Shown piece by piece: positions 47,170 through 56,741 of a stretch of DNA of 64,000 bases. Positions within the stretch are counted from its first letter, which is position 1, and the number at the start of each line of letters is the position of its first letter. The notes under the pieces are model-generated. The model worked only from the letters and a program-made list of their open reading frames with translations. It was not told where the DNA came from and did no database searches. A program made the translations under genes and the position numbers. This DNA comes from an uncultured Pelagibacteraceae bacterium (lineage in GTDB: Bacteria; Pseudomonadota; Alphaproteobacteria; Pelagibacterales; Pelagibacteraceae): NCBI GenBank assembly GCA_902616245.1, contig CACMSB010000006.1, forward strand, positions 2,005 to 66,004. Reading direction: 5' to 3'.

Positions 47170-47778
47170 ATGAATAGTCAAAATTTACAAAATAAACTTC
47201 GAGATAAATTTTTAAAAAAAGGTGTTAAAATGAAGGGGCCTGAGACAGTTTTTTTTTCTAAAGATACTAAAATTGGAAAAAATGTAGAGATAGAACCTTA
47301 TGTTGTCTTTGCTGATAAAGTTCAAATAGGGAACAATGTCAAAATTTTATCTTTCACTCATCTTGAGGGTGTTAAAATAGATAATGATGTGAGTGTAGGT
47401 CCATACGCACGTTTGAGACCTGGGACAAAAATAAAATCTGGATCAAAAATTGGAAATTTTGTTGAGGTAAAAAAAACAACAATAAATAAAAATTCTAAAG
47501 TTAATCATTTATCATATATTGGCGATGCTCAAGTAGGAAGAAATGTTAATATTGGAGCTGGAACAATAACTTGCAATTATGATGGAAGAAAAAAAAGTAG
47601 AACAAATATTAAGGATAAAGTATTTGTAGGTTCAAATACATCTTTAGTAGCACCAGTTACTTTAAATGAAAAAAGTGTTATAGGCGCGGGTTCAGTAATC
47701 ACAAGAAATGTAGCTAAAGGGTCTCTAGCACTAACAAGGCCAAAACAACTAGAAAAAAAAAATTATAAAAGGAGATAA
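47170..47778 (+). CDS. glmU: GlmU C-terminal glucosamine-1-phosphate acetyltransferase domain only (202 aa)
   Basis: [58 protein letters not shown]. The N-terminal uridyltransferase (GGxGTRM motif) is absent. Confidence 0.88.
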   Translation: MNSQNLQNKLRDKFLKKGVKMKGPETVFFSKDTKIGKNVEIEPYVVFADKVQIGNNVKILSFTHLEGVKIDNDVSVGPYARLRPGTKIKSGSKIGNFVEVKKTTINKNSKVNHLSYIGDAQVGRNVNIGAGTITCNYDGRKKSRTNIKDKVFVGSNTSLVAPVTLNEKSVIGAGSVITRNVAKGSLALTRPKQLEKKNYKRR

Positions 47779-47784
47779 GAGGTA

Positions 47785-49605
47785 ATGTGTGGAATAGTTG
47801 GAATTACAAGCTCTAAAGAGGTCACTCCTAGAATTGTAAGTTCATTAAAAAAACTTGAGTATAGAGGCTACGACTCTGCAGGTATAGCAACTCTTTCAGA
47901 AGGAAATATAAATGAAGTAAAGTGTGAGGGTAGGGTAGATGCTTTAGAAAAAAACATTATACAAACAAAAATATCTGGTTCTATTGGTATTGGACACGTA
48001 AGATGGGCCACACATGGAAAACCTAGCTCTATTAATGCACACCCTCATTCATCAGAAGATGTATCCGTAGTCCACAATGGTATAATTGAAAATTCAACTA
48101 TTCTTAAAAAATTATTGGAAAATAAAGGCTACAAGTTTAAATCTCAAACAGACACAGAAGTAATAGTCCATTTGGTAACTGATTATTTAAAAAAATATAA
48201 TCTTAAAAATACAATTATAAAAGTTTTAAAAAAATTACATGGTAGTTTTGCATTAGGAATAATATTCAAAGATCAACCAGACTTAATAGTTGGGGCAAGA
48301 AGAGGTTCTCCACTAGCAGTTGGTTACGGTCCAAACGAACACTACCTTGGTTCAGACTCTTATGCATTAAAGTCAATGACTAATAAAATTTCATATTTAA
48401 ATGATGGAGAATTTTGCATATTAAAAAAAGATCAAGTCGAATTTTTTGATACTGATGGAACAAAAGTTAACAAGAAGATTTTAAATCTTTCTAAGGATGA
48501 TCAAAATTATGAAAAAGGTGATTACAAATATTATATGGCCAAAGAAATAGACGAGCAGCCGATTACCTTAAAAAATTGTGTTAATGAGTACATCGACAAA
48601 CATAACAAAGAAATAAATATTTATAATTTTCCTTGGAAAATTAATGGAATTTCATCAGTAATTTTAATTGGATGTGGAACAGCATATCACTCATGTCTTG
48701 TTGCAAAGTATTGGTTTGAGCAAAATACAAGCCTAGATGTAAGTGTTGATATAGCTTCTGAGTTTAGATATCGAAAAATTAAATTTAAAAAAGATTGTCT
48801 TTACGTTTTTGTTTCGCAATCAGGAGAAACTGCAGATACATTTGCCGCATTAGATTTATGTAGGAAGAATGATGTTAAAACTTGTGCTGTTGTAAATGTT
48901 GTTGAAAGTTCAATTGCAAGAGATGCAGATCTAGTTTTGCCTATTCATTGTGGTCCAGAAGTCGGCGTTGCATCGACAAAGGCCTTTTTAGGACAAATGT
49001 TAGTTCTTTATTTGTTATGTACAAAACTTTCTTATGAACAAAAATCAATTAATAAAAAGAATTACCAAAAAAAGATAAAAGATTTACTGTCTTTGTCTAA
49101 ATCAGCAAAAAATACACTGAACATCGAAGATAAAATCCAAACTCTTGGAAAAGATTTTGCTAATTCTAAAGGATCAATGTTTCTGGGCAGAGGCTATTCA
49201 TATCCGATTGCACTTGAGGGTGCCTTAAAGTTAAAAGAACTTGCTTATGTTCACGCTGAAGGTTATCCAGCAGGAGAAATGAAACATGGACCTCTTGCAC
49301 TTATAGAGGAAGGTATGCCAGTAGTAGTAATTGCCCCAAGAGATGAGCATTACAAAAAAACTATTTCAAATATGCAAGAAGTTATATCTAGAGGTGCAAA
49401 AGTTTTACTAATAACAAATAAAAGCACTGATGAAATTTATTCAGAAAATATTTGGGAGCAAATAGAAGTTGATGCCATATCTGATGAACTTATTCCTTTT
49501 TTGACTACTATACCTTTGCAAAAGTTAGCTTATTACTCTGCACTTGATAAGGGATACGATATCGATAAACCAAGAAACTTAGCTAAATCTGTCACTGTTG
49601 AATAA
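47785..49605 (+). CDS. glmS: Glutamine--fructose-6-phosphate aminotransferase
   Basis: MCGIVG, LEYRGYDSAG, HVRWATHG, SQSGETAD, GVASTKAF, KHGPLAL, PRNLAKSVTVE. Confidence 0.98.
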   Translation: MCGIVGITSSKEVTPRIVSSLKKLEYRGYDSAGIATLSEGNINEVKCEGRVDALEKNIIQTKISGSIGIGHVRWATHGKPSSINAHPHSSEDVSVVHNGIIENSTILKKLLENKGYKFKSQTDTEVIVHLVTDYLKKYNLKNTIIKVLKKLHGSFALGIIFKDQPDLIVGARRGSPLAVGYGPNEHYLGSDSYALKSMTNKISYLNDGEFCILKKDQVEFFDTDGTKVNKKILNLSKDDQNYEKGDYKYYMAKEIDEQPITLKNCVNEYIDKHNKEINIYNFPWKINGISSVILIGCGTAYHSCLVAKYWFEQNTSLDVSVDIASEFRYRKIKFKKDCLYVFVSQSGETADTFAALDLCRKNDVKTCAVVNVVESSIARDADLVLPIHCGPEVGVASTKAFLGQMLVLYLLCTKLSYEQKSINKKNYQKKIKDLLSLSKSAKNTLNIEDKIQTLGKDFANSKGSMFLGRGYSYPIALEGALKLKELAYVHAEGYPAGEMKHGPLALIEEGMPVVVIAPRDEHYKKTISNMQEVISRGAKVLLITNKSTDEIYSENIWEQIEVDAISDELIPFLTTIPLQKLAYYSALDKGYDIDKPRNLAKSVTVE

Positions 49606-49639
49606 ATAATAAAGTCTGTTAAAACAATTTTGAGTTGAA

Positions 49640-51019
49640 ATGAAAAATTGGAAAACAAATAGCTGGAGAAAATACCCTGTCAAACATATTCCTCAATATG
49701 AAGATGAAAAGGAATTAGAGATGGTTTTAAATAAATTAAAAACCTTTCCCCCTTTAGTATTTGCGGGTGAAACAAGACATTTAAAAGATCAGTTAGCGAT
49801 GGTAAATGATGGAAAAGCATTTCTATTACAAGGTGGTGATTGTGCGGAAAGTTTTGCAGAATTTCATCCTGACAATATAAGAGATACTTTTAAAGTTATT
49901 CTACAAATGGCATTGGTGATGACTTACTCAGCATCTTTACCTATTGTAAAACTTGGAAGAATTGCTGGACAATTTTCAAAACCAAGAAGTGCTCCAACTG
50001 AAAAGCAAGGAGATCAAGAGTTACCAAGTTATTTGGGAGATAATATTAATGCAATAGATTTTAATGAAAAAGCCAGAAGACCTGATCCAAAAAGAATGTT
50101 TAAGGCTTACTCTCAATCTGCCTCAACTTTAAACCTTTTAAGAGCATTTTCAAAAGGTGGTTTTGCCGACCTTAACAAGGTTCACTTATGGAATTTAGAT
50201 TATATTAAGAAGAGTCCTCAAGCTAAGAAATTTAAAGAGTTAGAGGATAAAATTGCAGATGCATTAGCATTTATGGATGCTTGTGGAATTACATCTGATT
50301 TTAATAATAGATTATATACAGTTAACTTTTGGACTTCTCATGAAGCCTTACACTTACCCTTCGAGGAAAGCATGACTAGAGTAGACTCAACTACAGGTGA
50401 ATATCACGATACTTCAGCTCACTTTGTTTGGATAGGAGATAGAACAAGACAATTAGATGGAGGACATGTTGAGTTTTGTAAAGGAATAGAAAATCCAATT
50501 GGCATCAAGTGTGGGCCAACGTCAAAACCTGATGAGATTGCAAAAATATGTGAGGTTATAAATCCTAAAAATGAAAAAGGAAAAATTACTTTAATTTCAA
50601 GATTTGGTCATCAGAATGTTGAAAAGTTCTTACCAAAATTAATCAGAGGAATTAAAAAAGAAGGATTAAATGTTGTATGGTCTTGTGATCCAATGCATGG
50701 CAATACAATTAAATCAACTACTGGTTTTAAAACTAGACCATTTAATGATGTTGTAAGTGAAGTTAAAAATGTATTTGCAGTTCATCAAGCAGAAGGTTCT
50801 TATGCGGGAGGTCTTCATGTTGAAATGACTGGACAAGATGTGACAGAGTGTACAGGTGGAGCAAAAAAAATATCAGATGCAGATTTATCAAGCAGATATC
50901 ATACGCACTGTGATCCAAGATTGAACTCCGATCAAGCTATAGAATTAGCATTTTTAATCTCAGATGAGATAAAAAAGAATAGTTTGTATTCTAAAACTGC
51001 AATTAAAGCGGCATCTTAA
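49640..51019 (+). CDS. Class II DAHP synthase (3-deoxy-7-phosphoheptulonate synthase)
   Basis: LLQGGDCAESF, GRIAGQFSKPRS, WIGDRTRQ, CDPMHGNT, HCDPRLN. Confidence 0.95.
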   Translation: MKNWKTNSWRKYPVKHIPQYEDEKELEMVLNKLKTFPPLVFAGETRHLKDQLAMVNDGKAFLLQGGDCAESFAEFHPDNIRDTFKVILQMALVMTYSASLPIVKLGRIAGQFSKPRSAPTEKQGDQELPSYLGDNINAIDFNEKARRPDPKRMFKAYSQSASTLNLLRAFSKGGFADLNKVHLWNLDYIKKSPQAKKFKELEDKIADALAFMDACGITSDFNNRLYTVNFWTSHEALHLPFEESMTRVDSTTGEYHDTSAHFVWIGDRTRQLDGGHVEFCKGIENPIGIKCGPTSKPDEIAKICEVINPKNEKGKITLISRFGHQNVEKFLPKLIRGIKKEGLNVVWSCDPMHGNTIKSTTGFKTRPFNDVVSEVKNVFAVHQAEGSYAGGLHVEMTGQDVTECTGGAKKISDADLSSRYHTHCDPRLNSDQAIELAFLISDEIKKNSLYSKTAIKAAS

Positions 51020-51056
51020 CAGTTTAAAAATAAATTTTTTTTCTTATATTCATATT

Positions 51057-51794
51057 ATGTCCCCAAAAGATAAAGTGAATCACATTAAAAGCTGGATTTC
51101 AGATTATGTGAATTCTATGCCAAAAAAAGCTCAATCTTTAGTGATTGGTATTTCTGGTGGAATAGACTCTTCTGTTTCAAGTACATTAAGTGCAATGACT
51201 GGTTTAAAAACAATTGTTTTATCAATGCCTATTAAACAAAAATCTGCACAACATGATCTAAGTTTGGCACATCAAGAATGGTTAAAGAAGAATTTTAGCA
51301 ATGTAGAGGGACATACATTAGAATTAGATAGTTTATTCAAAACATTCGAGGGAACACTAAATAATTTTGGTAGTGAACACGGGATGGCAAACTCTAGAGC
51401 AAGATTAAGAATGACAACGCTTTATCAAGTAGCTGCCGCAAATAATGGAATAGTTGTTGGAACAGGAAATAAAGTAGAAGATTTTGGAGTTGGTTTTTAT
51501 ACAAAATACGGTGATGGTGGAGTAGATATTTCTCCAATAGCAGATTGTAATAAGACTGAGGTATGGGAACTTGGTAAAGAACTTGGAATTTTAAAAGAGA
51601 TTATTGATGCTCCTCCTACAGATGGTTTATGGGATGATGGTCGTACTGATGAGGGACAGCTTGGTTTGTCATATAAAGAATTAGAAGAAGCGATGGATAA
51701 TGAAAATTCTGTAAATCGAGATAAATATAATTCAATTCGAAGTGCAAATTTGCATAAAATGGAACCTATTCCAGTATGCAAAATTCCTAATTAA
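51057..51794 (+). CDS. nadE: NH3-dependent NAD+ synthetase
   Basis: GISGGIDS, NSRARLRM, GTGNKVE...GFYTKYGDGG, PPTDGLW...TDE. Confidence 0.95.
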   Translation: MSPKDKVNHIKSWISDYVNSMPKKAQSLVIGISGGIDSSVSSTLSAMTGLKTIVLSMPIKQKSAQHDLSLAHQEWLKKNFSNVEGHTLELDSLFKTFEGTLNNFGSEHGMANSRARLRMTTLYQVAAANNGIVVGTGNKVEDFGVGFYTKYGDGGVDISPIADCNKTEVWELGKELGILKEIIDAPPTDGLWDDGRTDEGQLGLSYKELEEAMDNENSVNRDKYNSIRSANLHKMEPIPVCKIPN

Positions 51795-51839
51795 TCAAAT
51801 AGATTCACAAATCTACAATTTAGGTATATTCCTAGTTGT

Positions 51840-53201
51840 ATGGCTAAAGATATTTTTTTAACTAATAGTCTTGGTGGTAAGAAAGAAAAATTTACACCCA
51901 AAAATGACAAATCCATAGGCATGTATGTTTGTGGTCCTACTGTTTATGATGATCCGCATATTGGTAATGCTAGACCATTAGTTGTTTTTGATATTCTGTA
52001 TAAAATTTTAAAAAATAGATATGGATCAAAATCTGTTAAATATATTAGAAATATAACAGACATAGATGACAAAATAATTAAAGCATCTATTGATCAAAAT
52101 ATTTCAATAAAAGATTTAACTTCAAAAATTACTGAAAATTTTCATAACGATTGTAATTACTTAAAATGTGAAACACCAAACAGCGAACCAAAGGCAACAG
52201 ATAACATAAAACAAATGATTGAAATGATCACAGAACTAGAGAAAAAAGGGTTTGCATATTCAAAGGATAAGCATGTTTATTTTGAAGTTAAAAAATTTAG
52301 TGATTATGGAAAACTATCTAATAAAAAGTTAGATGAATTAATAGCTGGTTCACGAGTAGAAGTTTCAGAAATAAAAAAAAATCCTGAAGATTTTGTATTA
52401 TGGAAACCGTCAACAGATAAAGAACCATCATGGGATTCTCCGTGGGGCAAAGGTAGACCAGGTTGGCATTTAGAATGTTCGGTTATGTCAAAAAGATATT
52501 TAGGGGAGGAATTTGACATTCATGGTGGTGGTAGAGACTTGATTTTTCCTCATCATGAAAATGAAATTGCTCAATCAAGATGTGCAAATGAAACAAATTC
52601 GTTTGCAAAGTATTGGGTTCATAACGGATTTATAACTCTTTCTAATGAAAAAATGGCAAAATCTCAGGGAAATATATTAAAAATAAAAGATTTTAAAAAT
52701 AAATATAATGGTCAAGTCTTAAGATTAGCATTAATTAGTGCTCACTATAGACAAGGATTAGATTGGAATGAAAAACTAATATCAGAATGTGAAAAGACTT
52801 TAAGCAAATGGTATTCAGTTTATTCTGATTTTGATAAAAGCAAAATATTACCAGATGAGGTATTAGCTCCTTTATTTGATGATTTAAACACTCCTGGTTA
52901 TATTGCTAATTTACATTCTTTATATAGCAAAGCTTCAACTGGAACTAACGAAGATAAAGCAATTTTTGTCAAAGCTTGTAATTTTATAGGTCTATTAACT
53001 GATACTTCAGAAGAGTGGCTACAAACAAAAAAAAATACAATTTCTCTTTCAGAGGATGAAATTAATTTAAAAATAGTTGAGAGAAATAAAGCGAGAGATG
53101 AAAAAAATTATGAATTAGCTGACAAAATAAGGAAAGATCTTTTAGACAAGGGTATTTTAATTGAAGATAAAGATGGTACAACCACTTGGAAATTAAAATG
53201 A
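51840..53201 (+). CDS. cysS: Cysteine--tRNA ligase
   Basis: YVCGPTVYD..HIGN, DFVLWK, GRPGWHLECS, FPHHENE, KMAKS. Confidence 0.97.
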   Translation: MAKDIFLTNSLGGKKEKFTPKNDKSIGMYVCGPTVYDDPHIGNARPLVVFDILYKILKNRYGSKSVKYIRNITDIDDKIIKASIDQNISIKDLTSKITENFHNDCNYLKCETPNSEPKATDNIKQMIEMITELEKKGFAYSKDKHVYFEVKKFSDYGKLSNKKLDELIAGSRVEVSEIKKNPEDFVLWKPSTDKEPSWDSPWGKGRPGWHLECSVMSKRYLGEEFDIHGGGRDLIFPHHENEIAQSRCANETNSFAKYWVHNGFITLSNEKMAKSQGNILKIKDFKNKYNGQVLRLALISAHYRQGLDWNEKLISECEKTLSKWYSVYSDFDKSKILPDEVLAPLFDDLNTPGYIANLHSLYSKASTGTNEDKAIFVKACNFIGLLTDTSEEWLQTKKNTISLSEDEINLKIVERNKARDEKNYELADKIRKDLLDKGILIEDKDGTTTWKLK

Positions 53202-54799
53202 GTAAAGAAAAAATCTATATATTTGACACAACACTTAGGGATGGGGCACAAACACAAGGTGTTGATTTTTCATTAAATGAAAAAGAAAAAATTGCAAAAT
53301 CTTTGGATAATTTGGGAGTTGATTATATAGAAGGTGGTTGGCCAGGAGCAAATCCAACTGATACAGAATTTTTTAACAAGGATCAGAATTTTAAAAATGC
53401 AAACCTTACTGCTTTTGGTATGACTAAAAAATCTGACCATAGTGCAAAAAACGACCCTATGTTGTCATCTTTGATTAATTCAAAGAGTTCATCGGTTTGT
53501 TTATTTGGTAAAAGTTGGGATTTTCATGTTGATGTTGCCTTAGGTATTTCTAATGATCAAAATTTAGAAAATATAACTGAGAGTGCAAAGCATATAGTTA
53601 ATTCAGGTAAAGAATTTATATTTGATGCTGAACATTTTTTTGATGGTTATAAATCAAATCCTGAATATGCAATATCATGTTTAAAAGCTGCCTATGATAA
53701 CGGTGCAAGATGGATTGTTTTATGTGATACTAATGGAGGGACATTACCTCACGAAATTTCTAAAATTGTTGAGGAAGTAACAGAACATATACCTGGAAAA
53801 AACCTTGGAATTCATGCCCATAACGATACAGAAAATGCAGTTGCTAATAGTCTAGTAGCTGTGCAAGCAGGAGTTAGACAGGTTCAGGGTACAATAAATG
53901 GACTTGGAGAAAGATGTGGTAATGCAAATTTAATGTCTTTGATCCCAACTTTTTTTTTAAAAAAAGATTTTTCAGACAAATATGAAATTAATATTAAGCC
54001 TGAAAATATTAAAAATTTAACACAATGTTCAAGATTATTAGATGAAATATTGAATAGAAAACCAAACAAACATTTACCTTATGTAGGTGCTTCTGCATTT
54101 TCACACAAAGGTGGAATGCATGTATCAGCTGTCCAAAAAGATCCAAAAACTTATGAACATATTAATCCTGATGAAGTAGGTAATGCTAGGAATATTGTTG
54201 TTTCTGATCAATCCGGACAATCTAATATAATGTCTAGATTAAATGCAATTGGTATTAATATTAAAAAAGACGATCCAAAAATTAAAAAACTTCTTCATGA
54301 AGTAAAGGATAGAGAGTTCATAGGATATAGTTACGATGGTGCTGATGCATCTTTCGAGCTTTTAGCTAGAAGATTGATGGGTGAAATACCAAGATACATT
54401 TCAATTAATGAATATGATGTTTCTGTTAAAAAAGATTCTACTGGAGAAGTAATATCATTTGCAAAAGCAAAACTAGAGGTGGATGGTCATGAAATATTAT
54501 GTGAAGGCGAAGGTAACGGACCAGTTAATGCTTTGGATAACGCAATTAGAAAGAATGTTAATAAACTTGAAAAATATTCAGAGTATTTAAAAGATCTAAA
54601 ATTAGTTGATTATAAAGTTAGAATATTAAATACGGGAACTGGTGCTGTAACAAGAGTTTCAATTGAAAGTGCAGACTCAAAACATGGTAATTGGTTCACA
54701 ATAGGAGTTTCTCCAAATATTATTGATGCATCATTTAAAGCTCTTGTTGATAGTTTGGATTACAAGCTATTTAAGGATAATGCTCCTGCAAGTATTTGA
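53198..54799 (+). CDS. cimA: Citramalate synthase (alpha-isopropylmalate synthase family)
   Basis: DTTLRDGAQ, EGGWPGANP, FDAEHFFDGY, CDTNGG, GERCGNANL, AFSHKGGMH. Start at the ATGA overlap with cysS. Confidence 0.9.
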   Translation: MSKEKIYIFDTTLRDGAQTQGVDFSLNEKEKIAKSLDNLGVDYIEGGWPGANPTDTEFFNKDQNFKNANLTAFGMTKKSDHSAKNDPMLSSLINSKSSSVCLFGKSWDFHVDVALGISNDQNLENITESAKHIVNSGKEFIFDAEHFFDGYKSNPEYAISCLKAAYDNGARWIVLCDTNGGTLPHEISKIVEEVTEHIPGKNLGIHAHNDTENAVANSLVAVQAGVRQVQGTINGLGERCGNANLMSLIPTFFLKKDFSDKYEINIKPENIKNLTQCSRLLDEILNRKPNKHLPYVGASAFSHKGGMHVSAVQKDPKTYEHINPDEVGNARNIVVSDQSGQSNIMSRLNAIGINIKKDDPKIKKLLHEVKDREFIGYSYDGADASFELLARRLMGEIPRYISINEYDVSVKKDSTGEVISFAKAKLEVDGHEILCEGEGNGPVNALDNAIRKNVNKLEKYSEYLKDLKLVDYKVRILNTGTGAVTRVSIESADSKHGNWFTIGVSPNIIDASFKALVDSLDYKLFKDNAPASI

Positions 54800-55518
54800 T
54801 GTCATTTAAAAATATAACTTTCATTTTACACAAACCTCAATTATCAGAAAATATAGGAGCCTCCGCTCGAGCTTTAAAAAACTTTAATTTTAATAATCTA
54901 TCAATTGTTAATCCAAAACCCTTATTTCCAAATGATAAAATTATTGCAACATCTGTAGGGGCAAAAGATGTTATTAAAAAAGCAAAAGTATATGAAAATT
55001 TAGAAACATCATTAAGTAATTTAGATATATTAGTTGCAACATCTGCAAGATTTAGAAATAAAAATATTAAACATATATCAATAACCGATCTTAGTAAGAT
55101 TAATTACAAAAAAAAGGTTGGTTTTCTTTTTGGATCAGAAGCATCTGGATTATCAAATAATGAGGTTAGTTATGCTGATTATACTTTACAAATTCCAAGT
55201 AATAAGAATTTTAGATCTTTAAATTTATCTCATAGTCTAATTATAGTAGCTCAAATAGTAAGCGGCCTAATTTCAAATAAAAAGTTTACCTTTGAAAAGT
55301 CAAAAAAAATTAAAAGTGCAAATAAGAATGACATTCAAAGAATGTTGAATTTATGCATTAATAATTTAGAAAATAAGAATTTTTTTCATCCACCTGAAAA
55401 AAAACCAATCATGATGGAAAATTTAAGAAGTATTTTCTATAAACTCAATCTTTCAGAAAAAGAAACTCGTATTTTATCGAGTGTATTTGCTGGTTTAAGT
55501 AAGGAAAAGGTTGATTGA
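54799..55518 (+). CDS. trmJ: SPOUT RNA methyltransferase (TrmJ/LasT family)
   Basis: PQLSENIGASARA..NF, ATSAR, LFGSEASGLSN, SLNLSH. Confidence 0.85.
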   Translation: MSFKNITFILHKPQLSENIGASARALKNFNFNNLSIVNPKPLFPNDKIIATSVGAKDVIKKAKVYENLETSLSNLDILVATSARFRNKNIKHISITDLSKINYKKKVGFLFGSEASGLSNNEVSYADYTLQIPSNKNFRSLNLSHSLIIVAQIVSGLISNKKFTFEKSKKIKSANKNDIQRMLNLCINNLENKNFFHPPEKKPIMMENLRSIFYKLNLSEKETRILSSVFAGLSKEKVD

Positions 55519-55542
55519 CAAAACATAACTTAGGCTTATAAG
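55515..55542 (+). promoter_or_regulatory. sigma70 promoter for rpsD
   Basis: Perfect TTGACA (55515-20, overlapping the trmJ TGA), 16-bp spacer, TATAAG (55537-42), then a C-rich discriminator-like ACCTCC. Confidence 0.7.
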
Positions 55543-55553
55543 ACCTCCTATTA

Positions 55554-56171
55554 ATGACAAAAAGATTAAACTCTAAACATAAAGTTGATAGAAGATTAAA
55601 AGTAAATTTATGGGGGAGACCCAAAAGTCCTTTTAATTCAAGAGCCTATCCTCCAGGACAGCACGGACAAACAAAAGCTGGAAAACCTTCAGACTACGGA
55701 ATTCAACTTCAGGCAAAACAAAAATTAAAGTCTTATTATGGAAACATGAATGAAAGACAGTTCAGAAATGTTTACAAAAAAGCAATCATGAAAAAAGGTG
55801 ATACTGCTGAAAACTTAATCGGATTATTAGAAAGAAGATTGGATGCTGTAATTTATAGATCAAAGTTATCAAACACTATATTTTCATCAAGACAATTGAT
55901 TAATCACGGTCATGTCAAAGTAAATGGAAAAAAAGTAAATATCTCGAGTTATCAAGTCAAAGAAGAAGATACTATTGAAATTAGAGATAAATCTAAACAA
56001 CTTGCTTTGATTGATATTGCACTTGCTAATAAGGAAAGAGAAGTCCCAGAATATCTACAATTAGATGAAAAGAATAAAAAAGTTAAATTTGTAAGAATTC
56101 CATCTTTTGAAGAAGTTCCTTATCCAGTTGTTATGGAACCAAACTTAGTAATTGAATATTATTCTAGATAA
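55554..56171 (+). CDS. rpsD: 30S ribosomal protein S4
   Basis: [42 protein letters not shown]. Confidence 0.98.
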   Translation: MTKRLNSKHKVDRRLKVNLWGRPKSPFNSRAYPPGQHGQTKAGKPSDYGIQLQAKQKLKSYYGNMNERQFRNVYKKAIMKKGDTAENLIGLLERRLDAVIYRSKLSNTIFSSRQLINHGHVKVNGKKVNISSYQVKEEDTIEIRDKSKQLALIDIALANKEREVPEYLQLDEKNKKVKFVRIPSFEEVPYPVVMEPNLVIEYYSR

Positions 56172-56510
56172 TTAATTCTTTGCTTTAAAATTTATTCCTT
56201 TAGACTCAAAAAGTTTTGCAAGCTCTCCACTTTCATACATTTCTTTTACTATATCACATCCACCAATAAATTCATTTTTAACATATAGTTGAGGAATAGT
56301 TGGCCAATCACTAAATACCTTTATACCTTCTCTGAGCTTTTGATCAGCTAAAACATTTACACCTTTAAAATTTACTTCTAGAACCTTTAAAATATTTGAA
56401 GTTGCCATTGAAAATCCACACTGAGGTGCATCTGGAGTACCTTTCATAAAAAGACATACATCATTATTTTCAATTTCACTTTTTATTAAATCATTTGTTT
56501 CTTGTTCCAT
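56172..56510 (-). CDS. grxD: Monothiol glutaredoxin (Grx4)
   Basis: FMKGTPDAPQCGFS, WPTIPQLY...EFIGGCDI. Confidence 0.97.
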   Translation of the reverse strand: MEQETNDLIKSEIENNDVCLFMKGTPDAPQCGFSMATSNILKVLEVNFKGVNVLADQKLREGIKVFSDWPTIPQLYVKNEFIGGCDIVKEMYESGELAKLFESKGINFKAKN

Positions 56511-56741
56511 TTAAATTTCCTTTGTTTTAATTGCTAAAGCGTGAAGCTCATTTCCCATTTTACCTTTTAAAGAATTATATACCATTTTGTGTTGTTCTAT
56601 TTTACTTTTACCTGAAAATTCAGCTGATGTCACTGTAGCAGAATAGTGATTTCCATCACCCGCTAAATCTTGAATTTCAACTTTTGCGTCAGGTAATCCT
56701 TCCTTAATTAAACTCTCAATTTCTTTTAAATCCATTGCCAT
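56511..56741 (-). CDS. BolA/IbaG-family protein
   Basis: DLAGDGNHY, F.GKS.I.QH..VY, LHALAI; adjacent to grxD. Confidence 0.92.
   Translation of the reverse strand: MAMDLKEIESLIKEGLPDAKVEIQDLAGDGNHYSATVTSAEFSGKSKIEQHKMVYNSLKGKMGNELHALAIKTKEI

Noticed and set aside
47170-47778. glmU pseudogene or frameshift
   Set aside because: No upstream remnant of the N-domain fits in the 69-bp gap and the retained domain is intact; kept as a domain-loss finding instead.
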